From Octopus vulgaris (lineage: Eukaryota): DNA of 64,000 nt. Below the pieces are notes generated by a model. That model did no database searches. It was not told the origin of the DNA and worked only from the letters and a program-made list of their open reading frames with translations. Position 1 is the first letter of the stretch. Each line of letters begins with the position of its first letter. The DNA lies in contig OX597831.1 of NCBI GenBank assembly GCA_951406725.2, positions 45,570,001 to 45,634,000 of the forward strand, written 5' to 3'. Positions 1 through 13,188 of this stretch are shown piece by piece. The position numbers and the translations under genes are program-made.

Positions 1-1730
<1,730 letters not shown>

Positions 1731-2425
1731 TTTGATATTCTTTCCGAAGAATCCTCTGTGGAACATCATTATAAAACGCTTCCTAACAAACTCGCCAAGA
1801 ATCACACCTTCGAACGCAAGCGCAGCTGAGATCAGTCCCAGAAGGAGTTTGTCTTCACAGTAATATCATGAATTTCATGTTTTGCAATGCTGCAATGAAA
1901 AAGCAATGTCTTCAGGTATTAGTATTATTATTGAAAGGGGTGAAACAGAAAGTTACAATTACGAAGCAGAAAGCGAATTTTATAAAGCTCCATCCTTTTT
2001 TGAAAAATATTATTTTGAGCCTTTTATCACACACAGCAAGTCTGAGAAGACAACTTTAGCTCTTGGTGATTTAAAAGTAAACAAACTACGAATTTTTTTT
2101 TTTTTTTTTTTGAAATCAATAATTCCAGCTGAGTTGTCTTAAGATGTGGAAAACAGAGGTACAAAAACTGCTGTTAATAAACCAACGATAAACTACCGTG
2201 TGGTTGATGTATATAGGAAAGTTCATGACTTGCTAATAATATTTGGATGTTCATAAGATGTTCAAAATAAACGAGTAATGGCGTACAGTTTTACACTGGT
2301 TAATAAATATCGATTTCTTTTGACTGAACACTTAAAGACAATCGTGCAATGATAAAGAGCCGATTAAATCGACATATTATATAACTGGTACTTGTCGAGC
2401 CAATGAAGGAGACTTTACGTTAGAC

Positions 2426-2572
2426 AAGGCATGGGCAACCTTTTTCAAGAAGCGGGCCGCATGAGACATGAGCCATCATCAGGTGGGCCACACTACTAAA
2501 AATAATTTAAGGTAAATTTTTGTTAAGCGAGTCATTCAGAAAGTCCCGCGGGCCACACTTTGCCCATGACTG
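2426..2572. mobile_element. hAT (Charlie-like) MITE with 8-bp TSD
   Basis: Ends AAGGCATGGGCAA...TTGCCCATGACTG are inverted. Flanks CGTTAGAC (2418-2425) and CATTAGAC (2573-2580) form an 8-bp near-identical TSD, typical of hAT. Confidence 0.8.
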
Positions 2573-2608
2573 CATTAGACTCTTGACCTGCTAGAAACTC
2601 TCTCTTTA

Positions 2609-2705
<97 letters not shown>

Positions 2706-3521
2706 CAAATAACAGATTACTGCATTGACAATAAATGCATACATCCTCATTTTGATCCTCACTGCTCCGTGTGCTTACACTGAACTAATTCCAGTCTGGC
2801 TAACCTCTTTACACACCAGAAAATGTTTTGTTAGCTGTTTTCTATACAGAAACTGAAATTCTTGTCTAGGTCCATATGACCAAAGTGTTTCTATGACTGA
2901 GAAAGAGAAACCACACCGAAATACCGCGTCTGGTAGTCCGCTGCTGTTCTTTGCAGCTTTGTGTCCTTTATAATACAAAGTCTACGGGAAGAAATCTGCT
3001 TTCTGAGACAAAATCCCGCAGCGAATGCTATTGGGGCGCGTTTAAAAATAAATGTACAGAACATTTCACAGTTTTGTAGTTTTACGCTGAAATGTTTTTT
3101 ATATGATTTTTCTGGGGGGTTTTTTTCTTTTAGTTTTTCACATTAAATCAGTTTGTTTTAACTCTCCGCACAAAGGGCTCTGGTAATAATGTCTGTTTGA
3201 TCTTCGGCATAGCACGAAATCAAGTGAAAATATTTTGTAAAATTTAATCCAGGCTAAGCACAAGCATGGCTATATGGTTAGGAAGCTCGTGGCGCCATGG
3301 GAAAAATCGTTTCTAATATAGCCCCGTATCGACTAATGTTTTGTTGGTGAATTTGGTTGACGAAAAACTGTATCAAACTCAGAAGGTACTAGAGTCGATC
3401 TCTTCCATTAAAACCTGTCAAGGAGTTTCCTTTACATGACCGCATTCCAATGACTGAAGCAAGTAAAAGAGAAAGGATAAAAGAGAAGCAGATGAAGCAG
3501 CGAAGATCAAAATGTACTTGT

Positions 3522-3680
3522 GTGCATTGGCTGTGTGGTAAGTAGCTTTCTTACCAACCACATGGTTCCGGGTTCAGTCCCACTGCATGGCACCTTGAGC
3601 AAGTGTCTTCTACTCTAGCCTCGGGCCAACCTAAGCCTTGTGAGTGGATTTGGTAGACGGAAACTGAAAGAAGCCCGTCG

Positions 3681-3748
<68 letters not shown>

Positions 3749-3962
3749 GGTTTGTGTGTCTGTGTTTGACCCCCCAACATCGCTTGACAAATGATGCTGC
3801 CGTGTTTACGTCCCCGGTCACTTAGCGGTTCGGCAAGAGAGACCGATAGAATAAGTACTAGGCTTACAAAGAATAAGTCCTGGGGTCGATTTGCTCGACT
3901 AAAGGCGGTGCTCCAGCATGGCCGCAGTCAAATGACTGAAACAAATAAAAGAAAAGAAAAGA
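3522..3962 (+). mobile_element. tRNA-derived SINE family A with internal (TG)n
   Basis: A-box-like TGGCTGTGTGGTAAG, B-box-like GGTTCAGTCCC, CORE-like CACCTTG(A/G)GCAAGTG, internal microsatellite and 3' GACTGAAACAA...AAAAGA tail. More than 15 copies in the window. Confidence 0.9.
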
Positions 3963-4139
3963 AAAATATTTTTAACACGTTCCTTTACACTAGAATGTGA
4001 ATGGCATTCGCTGCGGGATTTTTTTTTTCGGAGAACAAATTTCTCCATTTAGAATCGGCTTCAACTGGAAATTAAAACCGCAATCCGTACTTGAAAGAGC
4101 ACGGCACTTATCACGTGGATATTAAATACAGATAGCATT

Positions 4140-4354
4140 TATCTTTTATCTTTTACTTGTTTCATTCATTTGACTGCGGCCATGCTGAGGCACCGCCTTG
4201 AAGGGTTTTAGTCGAATGAATCTACCCCAGGACTTAATATATTTTTTAAGGATTGCCCTCATTCTATCGGGCTCTTTCGCCGAACCGCTAAGTTACAGGG
4301 ACGTAAACACACCAACACCGGTTGTCAAGCGGTGGGGGGGGGGAAACACAGATA

Positions 4355-4397
<43 letters not shown>

Positions 4398-4560
4398 ATA
4401 CATATGACGGGCTTCTTTCAATTTCCGTCTACCAAATACACTTACAAGGTCCGAGGCTATAGTTGAAGACATTTGCCCAAGGTGCCACACAGCGGGACTG
4501 AACCCAAAACCATGTGACTGGGAAGCAAGCAAGCTTCTTACCACACAGCCACGCCTGCGC
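4140..4560 (-). mobile_element. SINE family A, tail-to-tail with the 3522 copy
   Basis: Reverse complement of the family A consensus, with internal (CA)n. Confidence 0.88.
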
Positions 4561-4818
4561 TGATAATTTTAATTTCTTTCCATCTTGTAGAAAGAGTAAT
4601 GGTGGAAGAAGATATTGAAACCGATTCAATTCTAATCTCAGAATATTACTGGTATGTATTGAGATGTATAAACAGCATCATGAAAACATAGCTTATGATC
4701 TTTTCCTTCAAAAGATATCCCCCAATGAAATATTTCAGCTACCTAAGTGCGAAACTGTGGTCTACATACATACATACATACATACATACATACATACATA
4801 CATACATACATACATACA

Positions 4819-5107
4819 CAGAGGCCGACTGACCAGGTTGCCAGCTTGCCCGATCGTGAGTGGGCCCCTGTGCCATTAGAATCCATATATGAGGGCCCGT
4901 GCTAATATCTAAGGGACCAATTCCGTCAAGTTTGAGAATTTTCTATTCACTCCTGGGAGAATGCATTAATTATTTCAGCCTGGCTGTGTTTGTAGACAGC
5001 TGAAAGAATACTCTTAACAACAAAAAAATTAAATGATAGCATTGTAGTTGCGGGTGGGCCTCCTTAGTCTCCTGGCAACCAATATTTTTAGATCCAGTCC
5101 GCCACTG
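4819..5107. mobile_element. Probable hAT-type MITE
   Basis: Terminal inverted CAGAGGCCGACTG...CAGTCCGCCACTG and subterminal GGGCC(C) motifs. Inserted in (CATA)n, so the TSD is ambiguous. Confidence 0.55.
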
Positions 5108-5399
5108 CATACATGTACATATATACATAGTGATACTATTAAAAGTGAAACAATATAAAAAGTGAAACAATATAAAAAGTGAAACAATATAAAAAGTGAA
5201 ACTACTTATAACTTATTCTTCGAGTTTTGAGACATTATACGGAACCAGCGTCATTGTTTTAATAAAAAAAATTACATGTTGACACTCACGAGGTCTCATA
5301 GTATTACCATATAAACTTTGATTTGATTTGGTTGAACCTTTTGAGAATGCTTTGGGAACAGTGATACAAAGGATTTTTCGTATATACAGATAAATATAT

Positions 5400-5735
5400 C
5401 TGAGACCCCCTTCGGTCACGACACTGACCATGGGATTGCACCTAGAAAGTTACCCCTCCAGGCACAAGTCCGGGCAAGGTTGTTTATGGAAGACCAGCAG
5501 TTGCCCATGCATACCGGCCTCCCCTCTCCACACCACTGATGTCATCCAAGGGAAAGGCAAAGGTCGATACAGCTTGGTACCTGTGATGTCACAACTCATT
5601 TCTACAGCTCAGTGAACTGGAGCAACGTGAAATAAAGTGTCTTACTTAAGAACAACGCACAGCCCAGTCCGGGATTCGAGCTCACAACCTCACGATCGTG
5701 AGCTCGATGCTCTAACCACTGACCCATGCGCTTTC
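5400..5735 (-). mobile_element. tRNA-derived SINE family C with 14-bp TSD
   Basis: Minus-strand head GCGCATGGGTCAGTGGTTAGAGC...CTCGAATCCC. TSD ACAGATAAATATAT at 5386-5399 and 5736-5749. Confidence 0.9.
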
Positions 5736-5759
5736 ACAGATAAATATATACAAATTATA

Positions 5760-5868
5760 AAAATAGTAAAAAAAATATACAGTACACTACAGTTTCTACT
5801 TCGCAGATTTTCATCTATGGCGGGAGGTTTTGGAACGTAATACCCGCGATAGTCGAGGGATTACTGTA
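5760..5868 (-). mobile_element. End of a Tigger/pogo-like MITE (same family as 22584-22846)
   Basis: Ends GCGATAGTCGAGGGATTACTG-TA. Its reverse complement aligns with the left end at 22584. Confidence 0.7.
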
Positions 5869-6217
5869 GATAAAATAGTAAAGGTATAAATGCATGCATG
5901 GTGATTGTTGCATTTTCATGGATGTTTGCCGTTTCTTTGTGCTTCATTGTCATTGGCATCTCTGACTTTCCATCCATGATCTCTCGGATAAATATTCAAT
6001 TCCGTTGCAGATCTGCATGGTTTGGGACATATATGAACGGCGTAAATTGTAATTTACCGTGCGCTTCCAGCTGCTTAGGTCTGCACACGTCGCCAATTTT
6101 CCATTACCTTGGGACATTCAGTAGATGGAATGACAAATAATATCACCATAAAGGGACATCTTCGTCATTAGATTATAGTGATAAACGTTTGTATAACACG
6201 AGTACCATTCTCTGAGT

Positions 6218-6985
6218 CAGTTGTTCTCATCCGGGGTCCATATGTTCCATGAAGGTCTATATAAGATTTTTGGAGACCCACGTAACAAAATAGTAAATTG
6301 GAGATTTAAGGGCCACTGAAAAAATTTTACTTTCTATGTAAGTATTCTGTTTCCTATATAGGAATTGCAGTTACTGTCAAGCTTCAAATGACCAAGGCTT
6401 TGCCTATCACTGAGAAGGCGAAATCACACTAAAACACTGTATCTGATAGTCCGCTGACATCCTTTGCAGCTTCGTCTATACTTTACACACAAAGGATTTT
6501 GTTTCCAGTGGTTAGAGCGTCGGGCTAGCAATCATGAGGTAGTAAGTTCGATTTCCGGACTGGGCTGTGTGTTGTGTTCTTGAGCAAGACACTTTATTTC
6601 ACGTTGCTCCAGTCCATTCAGTGGTAGAGAGGAATTGCGACATCACTGGTATCAAGCTGTATCAACCTTTGCCTTTCCCTTGGATAACATTAGGGGAGTA
6701 AAGAGGGGAGGCTGATATGTATGGTTGAATGTTGGTCTTCCACAAACAACCTTGCCCAGACATGTGTCTCGGAGGGTGGCTTTCTAGGTACAATTCCATG
6801 GTCATTCGTGGCCGAAGGAAGTTTTTACACCTCATTTTACAAAGTTCAGCCTACATAAGTTAGTGTGTGAAAAACAAAATAGAAACTTTGACAGAAGTTT
6901 CTATAAAACTAGTTTTTAAACATCGAATGGCTCTGGGGATCCACCAGAATAGAATGGTAATCAAAGAGAACCATAGATTCTGAGT
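6218..6985. mobile_element. Decayed hAT-type non-autonomous element containing a family C SINE (about 6505-6830, +)
   Basis: Starts CAGTTGTTCTCATCC. 6921-6975 is the reverse complement of the element beginning CAATGGTTCTCAACC at about 49241. Internal 6350-6475 resembles 2840-2965. Confidence 0.6.
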
Positions 6986-7351
6986 CCTTGTGATTAGTGC
7001 CTAGAGATAGACCGAAGCGAGATGATTAGTAATCATGTGAAACAGCGGGTTTTACATCACAGTGTCTTACGTTAGAAGAAGGCTGTAGCCACAGCTAGGC
7101 TCTCTCATTCCAGGTGATTGTACTGCGCGCCCTCACACAAACTAATAGTACTTCTGCATCCCTGCGCTCAGATGGATTCTCATTATATGTGCTAGTTAAC
7201 TCATAAGTGGGTCCTTAACAGGAGCTACTACTTTGGATGAGAGTAGGCTTGGGAACAATAATGTCAAAGAGATTGTTCCACATTTCTCAAAGCCCTGGAA
7301 CTCCTGTGCCAGATCTCCACAACCGGATGCAGTTTAAAGTTATACCCAGGG

Positions 7352-7880
7352 CATGCATGCATACATACATGCATAGATATTTGTTTGCATATATACATGT
7401 ACACATACATGCATGCATAGATACATACACACATGTGTACATGATGCATACATACATGCATACATACATACGTACATGCATACATACGTACATATATACA
7501 TGCATACATACGTGCATATATACATGCATACATACATATATGCATACATGTATATACATGCATGCATACATACATATATACATACGTACATACGTACATA
7601 CATGTTTGCATACACACATACATGTATGAATTCATACATACATACATACATACATACATACATACATACATACATACATACATACTTACATACATACATA
7701 CATCCATACATACACATACATATATACATACATACATACATACATACATACATACATACATACATACATACATACATGCATACAAACATACATACATACA
7801 TACATACATACATACATACATACATACATACATACATACATACATACATACATACATACATACATGCAATCATACATACT
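7352..7880. repeat. (CATA)n / (CATG)n tetranucleotide array
   Basis: Directly visible. Confidence 0.95.
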
Positions 7881-8039
7881 TATTACACAATTTTAAATAT
7901 AAAAATAATATCCGTGATGTACTGCGACCAGTGAAACACTCCTCTTCCTCGGCTTCAGTGTTGCACGAATAAAACAAGTGAACTGGAGTACATAAAAACA
8001 ATACAGAGGCAAAAACTCAAACAAAAGAGGAAAGCTTCA

Positions 8040-8520
8040 AGGAGCTCATCCTAGAAACACCTGAGATAGATAATCTGGTGAAAACATCGAAAGGTTCCTA
8101 CATGACTAAGGACGAATTTCCTCTCTAGCGGGGAATGTTCCAGAAACAGCAGCCAAAAAAGTTTTGGAGAAGTGTTTCAAGTAACCACTTGAAATTACTT
8201 CTAGGATGTTTGGATTACCAGTTCTTGCGGACAAGGCCAGCGATGTCTTCCACTTTTTTTGGTTCAACATGGCCATATTAAGAGTGGATTATATGAAGGC
8301 ACATATCTTTGCATCAATCTGGAAGCACAGCTACTTACTTAACGACCTCGAGTTATCAGATATACAAGTGGTAACCATTTGTGAGACCAGGATTTTGAAC
8401 ACACAATCACCGCTTCTTCTCCACGACTACAGACTTCCCACACGATCCGGACCAAACCATCTTTCGGTCGGCCCAGATCAAGTGTTATGGTTGTGCTGTT
8501 ACAGGAAGATACAGAAGAAT
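8040..8520 (+). pseudogene. Decayed N-terminus of a Tx1/L1 ORF2 endonuclease
   Basis: MAILRV...LLNDLELSDIQVVTICETRI resembles the APE-type endonuclease start of L1-like ORF2. 9900-10420 resembles the C-terminal part of the copy at 18040-18420. Confidence 0.55.
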
Positions 8521-9277
8521 CTTCCGCTCTGAGACTAAATGGCCAGTTATTTTCGAATCATACATTCGGTCTAAGAGGCCCTTCTCGGCATACGCGGACG
8601 AAGTTAGAGCTCTGTTGTCGAGTAGTACGGATAACTGAGGCGGTAGTAATAATTATGCTAAAGAAATACTGGGTGATATCAGGGTGATTCGGATATGGCT
8701 TGGGCCGAATCTCCAAATAAATAAGAACTGAGATGGGTTTACGAGTAGAGTGGCTTCTCACACTCAAAATTGGGTGAGCGGGAGCTCGTATTAAAATACT
8801 GGGCAGAGGAGGAAAATGCATAATATCGCTTCTATTGCTTTTTATTACCTAACCGTAGTGCGTTGCTCTTCTTTTCATCTGACCAAATTGGTTCATTTGT
8901 TCTTCTGCATCTTGTGGAAAGGAACTCTAATCAACTGTTCTCTATTAAAATTTTGCAATAACTTATCGATACTTCAGAGAGATCTGCCGCCGTTTTTACG
9001 ATTGTCCTGTTTAATTAATTCAATCTCGTTTAAATAATTCACAACGACTAAATTAGTGTATTAATTAAACACGAGTGAATCAGTTAATGAGGACAATCGT
9101 TTTTTTTTTCTCTCTCTTTTTTTTTTATGATTGTCCTGTTTAACTAATTCATTTCCACTTAACTAATTCACCAATTTAGTCGTTGCAGGTTCTCTACTAA
9201 TCGAGAAAAAAGCAATGATTGGTACTTCAGCGCTTGCATTCTATTGAGGGTTAGTAATGACCAAGAATAACGACATA

Positions 9278-9882
9278 AGGTGGCTAGCTGGCAGAATCGT
9301 TAGCACACCGGGAGAAATCCTTAGCGGTATTTCGTCTGCCGTTACGTTCTGAGTTCAAATTCCGCCGAGGTCGACTTTGCCTTTCATCCTTTCGGGGTCG
9401 ATAAATTAAGTACCAGTTACGCACTGGGGTCGATGTAATCGACTTAATACCTATGTCTGTCCTTGTTTGTCCCCTCTGTGTTTAGCCCCTTGTGGGTAAT
9501 AAAGAAATAGGTATTTCGTCTGCCGTTACGTTCTGAGTTCAAATTCCGCCGAGGTCGACTTTACCTTTCATCCTTTCGGGGTCGATAAATTAAGTACCAG
9601 TTACGCACTGGGGTCGATGTAATCGACTTAATACCTATGTCTGTCCTTGTTTGTCCTCTCTGTGTTTAGCCCCTTGTGGGTAGTAAAGAAATAGAAATAG
9701 GTATTTCGTCTGCCGTTACGTTCTGAGTTCAAATTCCGCCGAGGTCGACTTTGCCTTTCATCCTTTCGGGGTCGATAAATTAAGTACCAGTTACGCACTG
9801 GGGTCGTTGTAATCGACTTAATCCCTTTGTTTGTCCTTGTTTGTCCCCTCTATGTTTAGCCCCTTGTGGGCAATAAAGAAAT
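9278..9882 (+). mobile_element. SINE family B, head-to-tail trimer within one 15-bp TSD
   Basis: One full head plus two headless units starting GGTATTTCGTCTGCC. TSD AAGAATAACGACATA at 9263-9277 and 9883-9897. Confidence 0.93.
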
Positions 9883-10469
9883 AAGAATAACGACATATTC
9901 AAGAGCTTCTGGGCATCGACGACAATCAACTAAACAACTTGTGTAGGAACGCTTGCAGCCAGGAGCTTATGGATAATTCCAATAAATCCTTTGTCCGGCA
10001 CTGCTACCGGTAAGCATCACCGGTTCTACAAGTATGGTAGCCCTCTGAGAATCAGACGTGTTCAAGAAGTGTGTAGAACTAGAAAGCCATTCTGTTCGCA
10101 CTCGTTCGCTTATTGAGCATTACTGACTTTTGAAGCCTTGTTGGAATAGCTACTATAGTGTGCAAGACAAACTCGGTGATCACCCAAATTCACGGTGCTG
10201 TCTTCCATTGACAGGCAGTTTTCCTATGACTATGACGAACAAGACTGAAAGTACTTGAGAACAGACACTTTTCTTTTCCGCAAAGCTTACGTCAACTTCT
10301 TCACTTTCCGTTTGGAGAAGAAATGGGAAATAGAATGAGTGATACTTCTCTCCAGTAAATTTTTTGAAACGTGGGTGAGAGTGAGAGTATCGTCCAGAAG
10401 AATTGGTCTATTCTTAACAAGCATCTCTAGGCTAGCGGCTAGCAGTACAGCTTAGGCAAAAAGGTAAGG

Positions 10470-10715
10470 TTTCCTTCTCGTGTCATGCCCACACATAAGG
10501 GACGGTTTCCAGGTTTCCATGGCGTAAATATTCCTCACTTGGACGGAACGTCGGTCTGTAACAGGATTTCTCAATTTTGCCAGCTGGGTGGACTGGAGTA
10601 ATGTAAAATGAAGTGTTTTGCTCAAGAACATAACGCATCGCCTGGCCCAGGAATCGAAACCACAATCTTATGATCATGAGTCCAACACCCTAACCACTAA
10701 GCCACGCGTCTCCAC
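10470..10715 (-). mobile_element. tRNA-derived SINE family D
   Basis: Minus-strand head GGAGACGCGTGGCTTAGTGGTTAGGG...GTTTCGATTCC. Similar to the 10907 and 12575 copies. Confidence 0.85.
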
Positions 10716-10906
10716 AAGGAAAGCTTAGACAGAGTACCTACTCTTGGTAGTTAGGATAATCTTGGGTCATTTGGATTCTTTAATCTCATTTATGACTGTT
10801 TCAATAATGACTGTCATTTATTTCCTTCTGTATGATTCTTATTTCTTCAAACTAAGGAACACCACACCATGTTTGTTTTTGATTTGTTTAAAGTATATCT
10901 CCTCAT

Positions 10907-11169
10907 GTGGAGGCGCGTGGCTTAGTGGTTAGGGTGTCATCAACATGATCGTTAGATTGTGGTTTCGATTCCTGGACCGGGCGATGCGTTGTGTTCTTGA
11001 GCAAAACACTTCATTTCACGTTGTTCTAGTCCACTCAGCTGGCAAAAATGAGTAACGCTGCGATGGACTAGCGTCCCATCCAGCTGGGGAATATATACGC
11101 CATTGAAACCAGGAAACCGAGCCCATGAGCCTGGCTAGGCTTTAAAGGGGCGCATTTATTATTATTTAT
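10907..11169 (+). mobile_element. SINE family D with 13-bp TSD
   Basis: A and B boxes, GCGATGGACTAGCGTCCC domain, (TTTA)n tail. TSD TATATCTCCTCAT at 10894-10906 and 11170-11182. Confidence 0.9.
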
Positions 11170-11817
11170 TATATCTCCTCATAATTTCAGCAAATTAAGT
11201 AATATATTAACATTTGAAAAGAGACGATGCGAGTATTTTTGAAAATTCTGGTTGTTTCAAACGTTTATTCCTATACTTCGTTGAATTATATTTTTATAAG
11301 CTAGCTAACAAATTTTTATGAAATTAGCTTTGTTCAATTTTAGTTTTTCCGAATCTAAAATTGTTTTTTATTTTCAAATTGACATATTTGAAACAAATCA
11401 TGGCGTCGAATTCTTCGACGAACAACGAGGTAAAAGAAAACGAAATTGTTTATGCAGTTTTCCCGCCGCTGGCTCAACCAGCGCCATCAGTACCACCATT
11501 ACTGTCACAGCCAGTTACAACAACAAAACTAGCAACAGTAACAAGACAAATGAGAAACCTCACCGGAAATAACAAACATGGAAACTACATAAAAATTTTT
11601 AATCGTCCGACCAATACGCCAACATTTTCCACCTCCGCCGCCGCCACCACAACAGGCAACCCACTCGGCACTGCCTTTGCTAATAATGTCCGCCGAATGC
11701 AAAAAGAAATTACTATTCCAGCGGACAAGTTAAAACAGGCAAAACACATGTTGACGAAACAAGGAAGATATAAAGTTAACAATCCTGTTCTCTATCCAAC
11801 AGGAGTCAAACTTCAAG

Positions 11818-12255
11818 ATGATTACTTTCAATTTTTTCAATTCAGTTTTTATTGGCTCAAAAAGCAAAAGCAAGGCCATGTAGGGGGACAGGGAGTTATG
11901 TACAGGGAGGGTGGTCATACAAAGAGTTCAGGCCATTTCTGGTCAAGACAGACTTTGAACCGAGCGGTCGTCGGCATCTTCACTATCTCGTCCGGCAGCT
12001 TATTCCACGGATCTGCAACTCAGACGGAGAAAGCCCCTCTCCTTCGATTGAGATGAAATCGTCGTAGATAGAGCTTTTCGGAGTGACCCCGCAGCCCGCG
12101 ATCTGGAGCAGGAGTGAAGAACAGCTCTTTCGAGAGGTTACACTTTCCGCTTATGATGTTGTGAGCGAGAATGAGATCACCATGGCGTCGTCGTTTTTCG
12201 AGAGAATAAAAAGATCGAGCGTCTTCAGCCTTTCTTCATAAGACAAATGCTTACA
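11818..12255 (-). mobile_element. 5'-truncated CR1-clade LINE 3' end
   Basis: Minus frame reads LSYEERLKTLDL...RRRHGDLILAHNII...LRGHSEKL...FSV*VADPWNKLP...FKVCLD, the CR1/L2-group ORF2 C-terminus. Confidence 0.85.
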
Positions 12256-12574
12256 GAACAATTTGTATGAAAACAAGGAAATTAGAATAGGTGACACAAA
12301 ATGACAAAGGAAAATTTCTAAAACCAGTCTGGAATATTAAACGTTACGTCGCCAGGGGGTAGAAAGTATGGTACGGTAAATGTGAGATTCCCTACGAAAG
12401 ACGGAGGCAATAAGACATTCAACGACAATGCTGAAAAATGAAGAACTGGCGCTCATACCTCTCTACCTTGGCCGAAGAGTTGTCAAAATCGAAATAGTTG
12501 ACGTCTCCCCCAGAAATCAACAAGTTCTGGCTGATGGCGATAGTTGTCTTCGGTGTAGAAGTAAAGTAAAATCA

Positions 12575-12823
12575 AGTTTCCCTTCTCGGGTCATGCCACT
12601 TCATTAAGGGCCGGTTTCCCCGTTTCTGTAGCGTATATATTCCCCACCTGGACGGGACGCCGGTCCGTTGCAGGAGTACTTATATTTGCCAGCTGAGTGG
12701 GCTGGAGCAACATGAAATGAAGTGTTTTGCTCAAGAACACAACGCATCGTCTGGTCCAGGAATCGAAACCGCAATCTTACGATGATGAGGTCAACACCCT
12801 AACCATGAAGCCACGTGCCTCCG
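12575..12823 (-). mobile_element. SINE family D inserted in the Tx1 ORF1 region
   Basis: Matches the 10470-10715 copy. Confidence 0.85.
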
Positions 12824-13084
12824 CTTTGATTCAGAAATAAAGACCAGCATTCTGCGAATATAGAGGCTGCAGAAACAGAATTGGTCAGGTCAAGGCTTAG
12901 AAATGAATACTTATCCAGGCCGATAATCTGCTCATGACGATGGTACCAGACCCAATCAATCAATCAGTCAATCAGTCAATCAACCAATCAATCAATCAAT
13001 CAAGCAGACGGCTCACAACTATGTGACCGTTGAGGACAGAATGCCAAATTGCGACGTGTGTGGTGACTAAGAGTTTTACTCAAA

Positions 13085-13188
<104 letters not shown>

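Noticed and set aside
1868-2340. Short non-repetitive ORFs (63-86 aa) as exons, likewise 5898-6140
   Set aside because: No recognisable domain and no convincing splice-site pair.
9278-9882. Family B multimers as classical hammerhead retrozymes
   Set aside because: No CUGANGA/GAAA hammerhead fold found on either strand of the unit.
10907-10985. tRNA genes at SINE heads (also about 5660-5735, 21918, 25872, 57084)
   Set aside because: A and B boxes continue into SINE bodies with tails and, in some copies, TSDs. No complete cloverleaf is evident.
11361-12056. 231-aa ORF as a host gene
   Set aside because: Chimera of the Tx1 ORF1-like start and the antisense strand of an inserted CR1 fragment.
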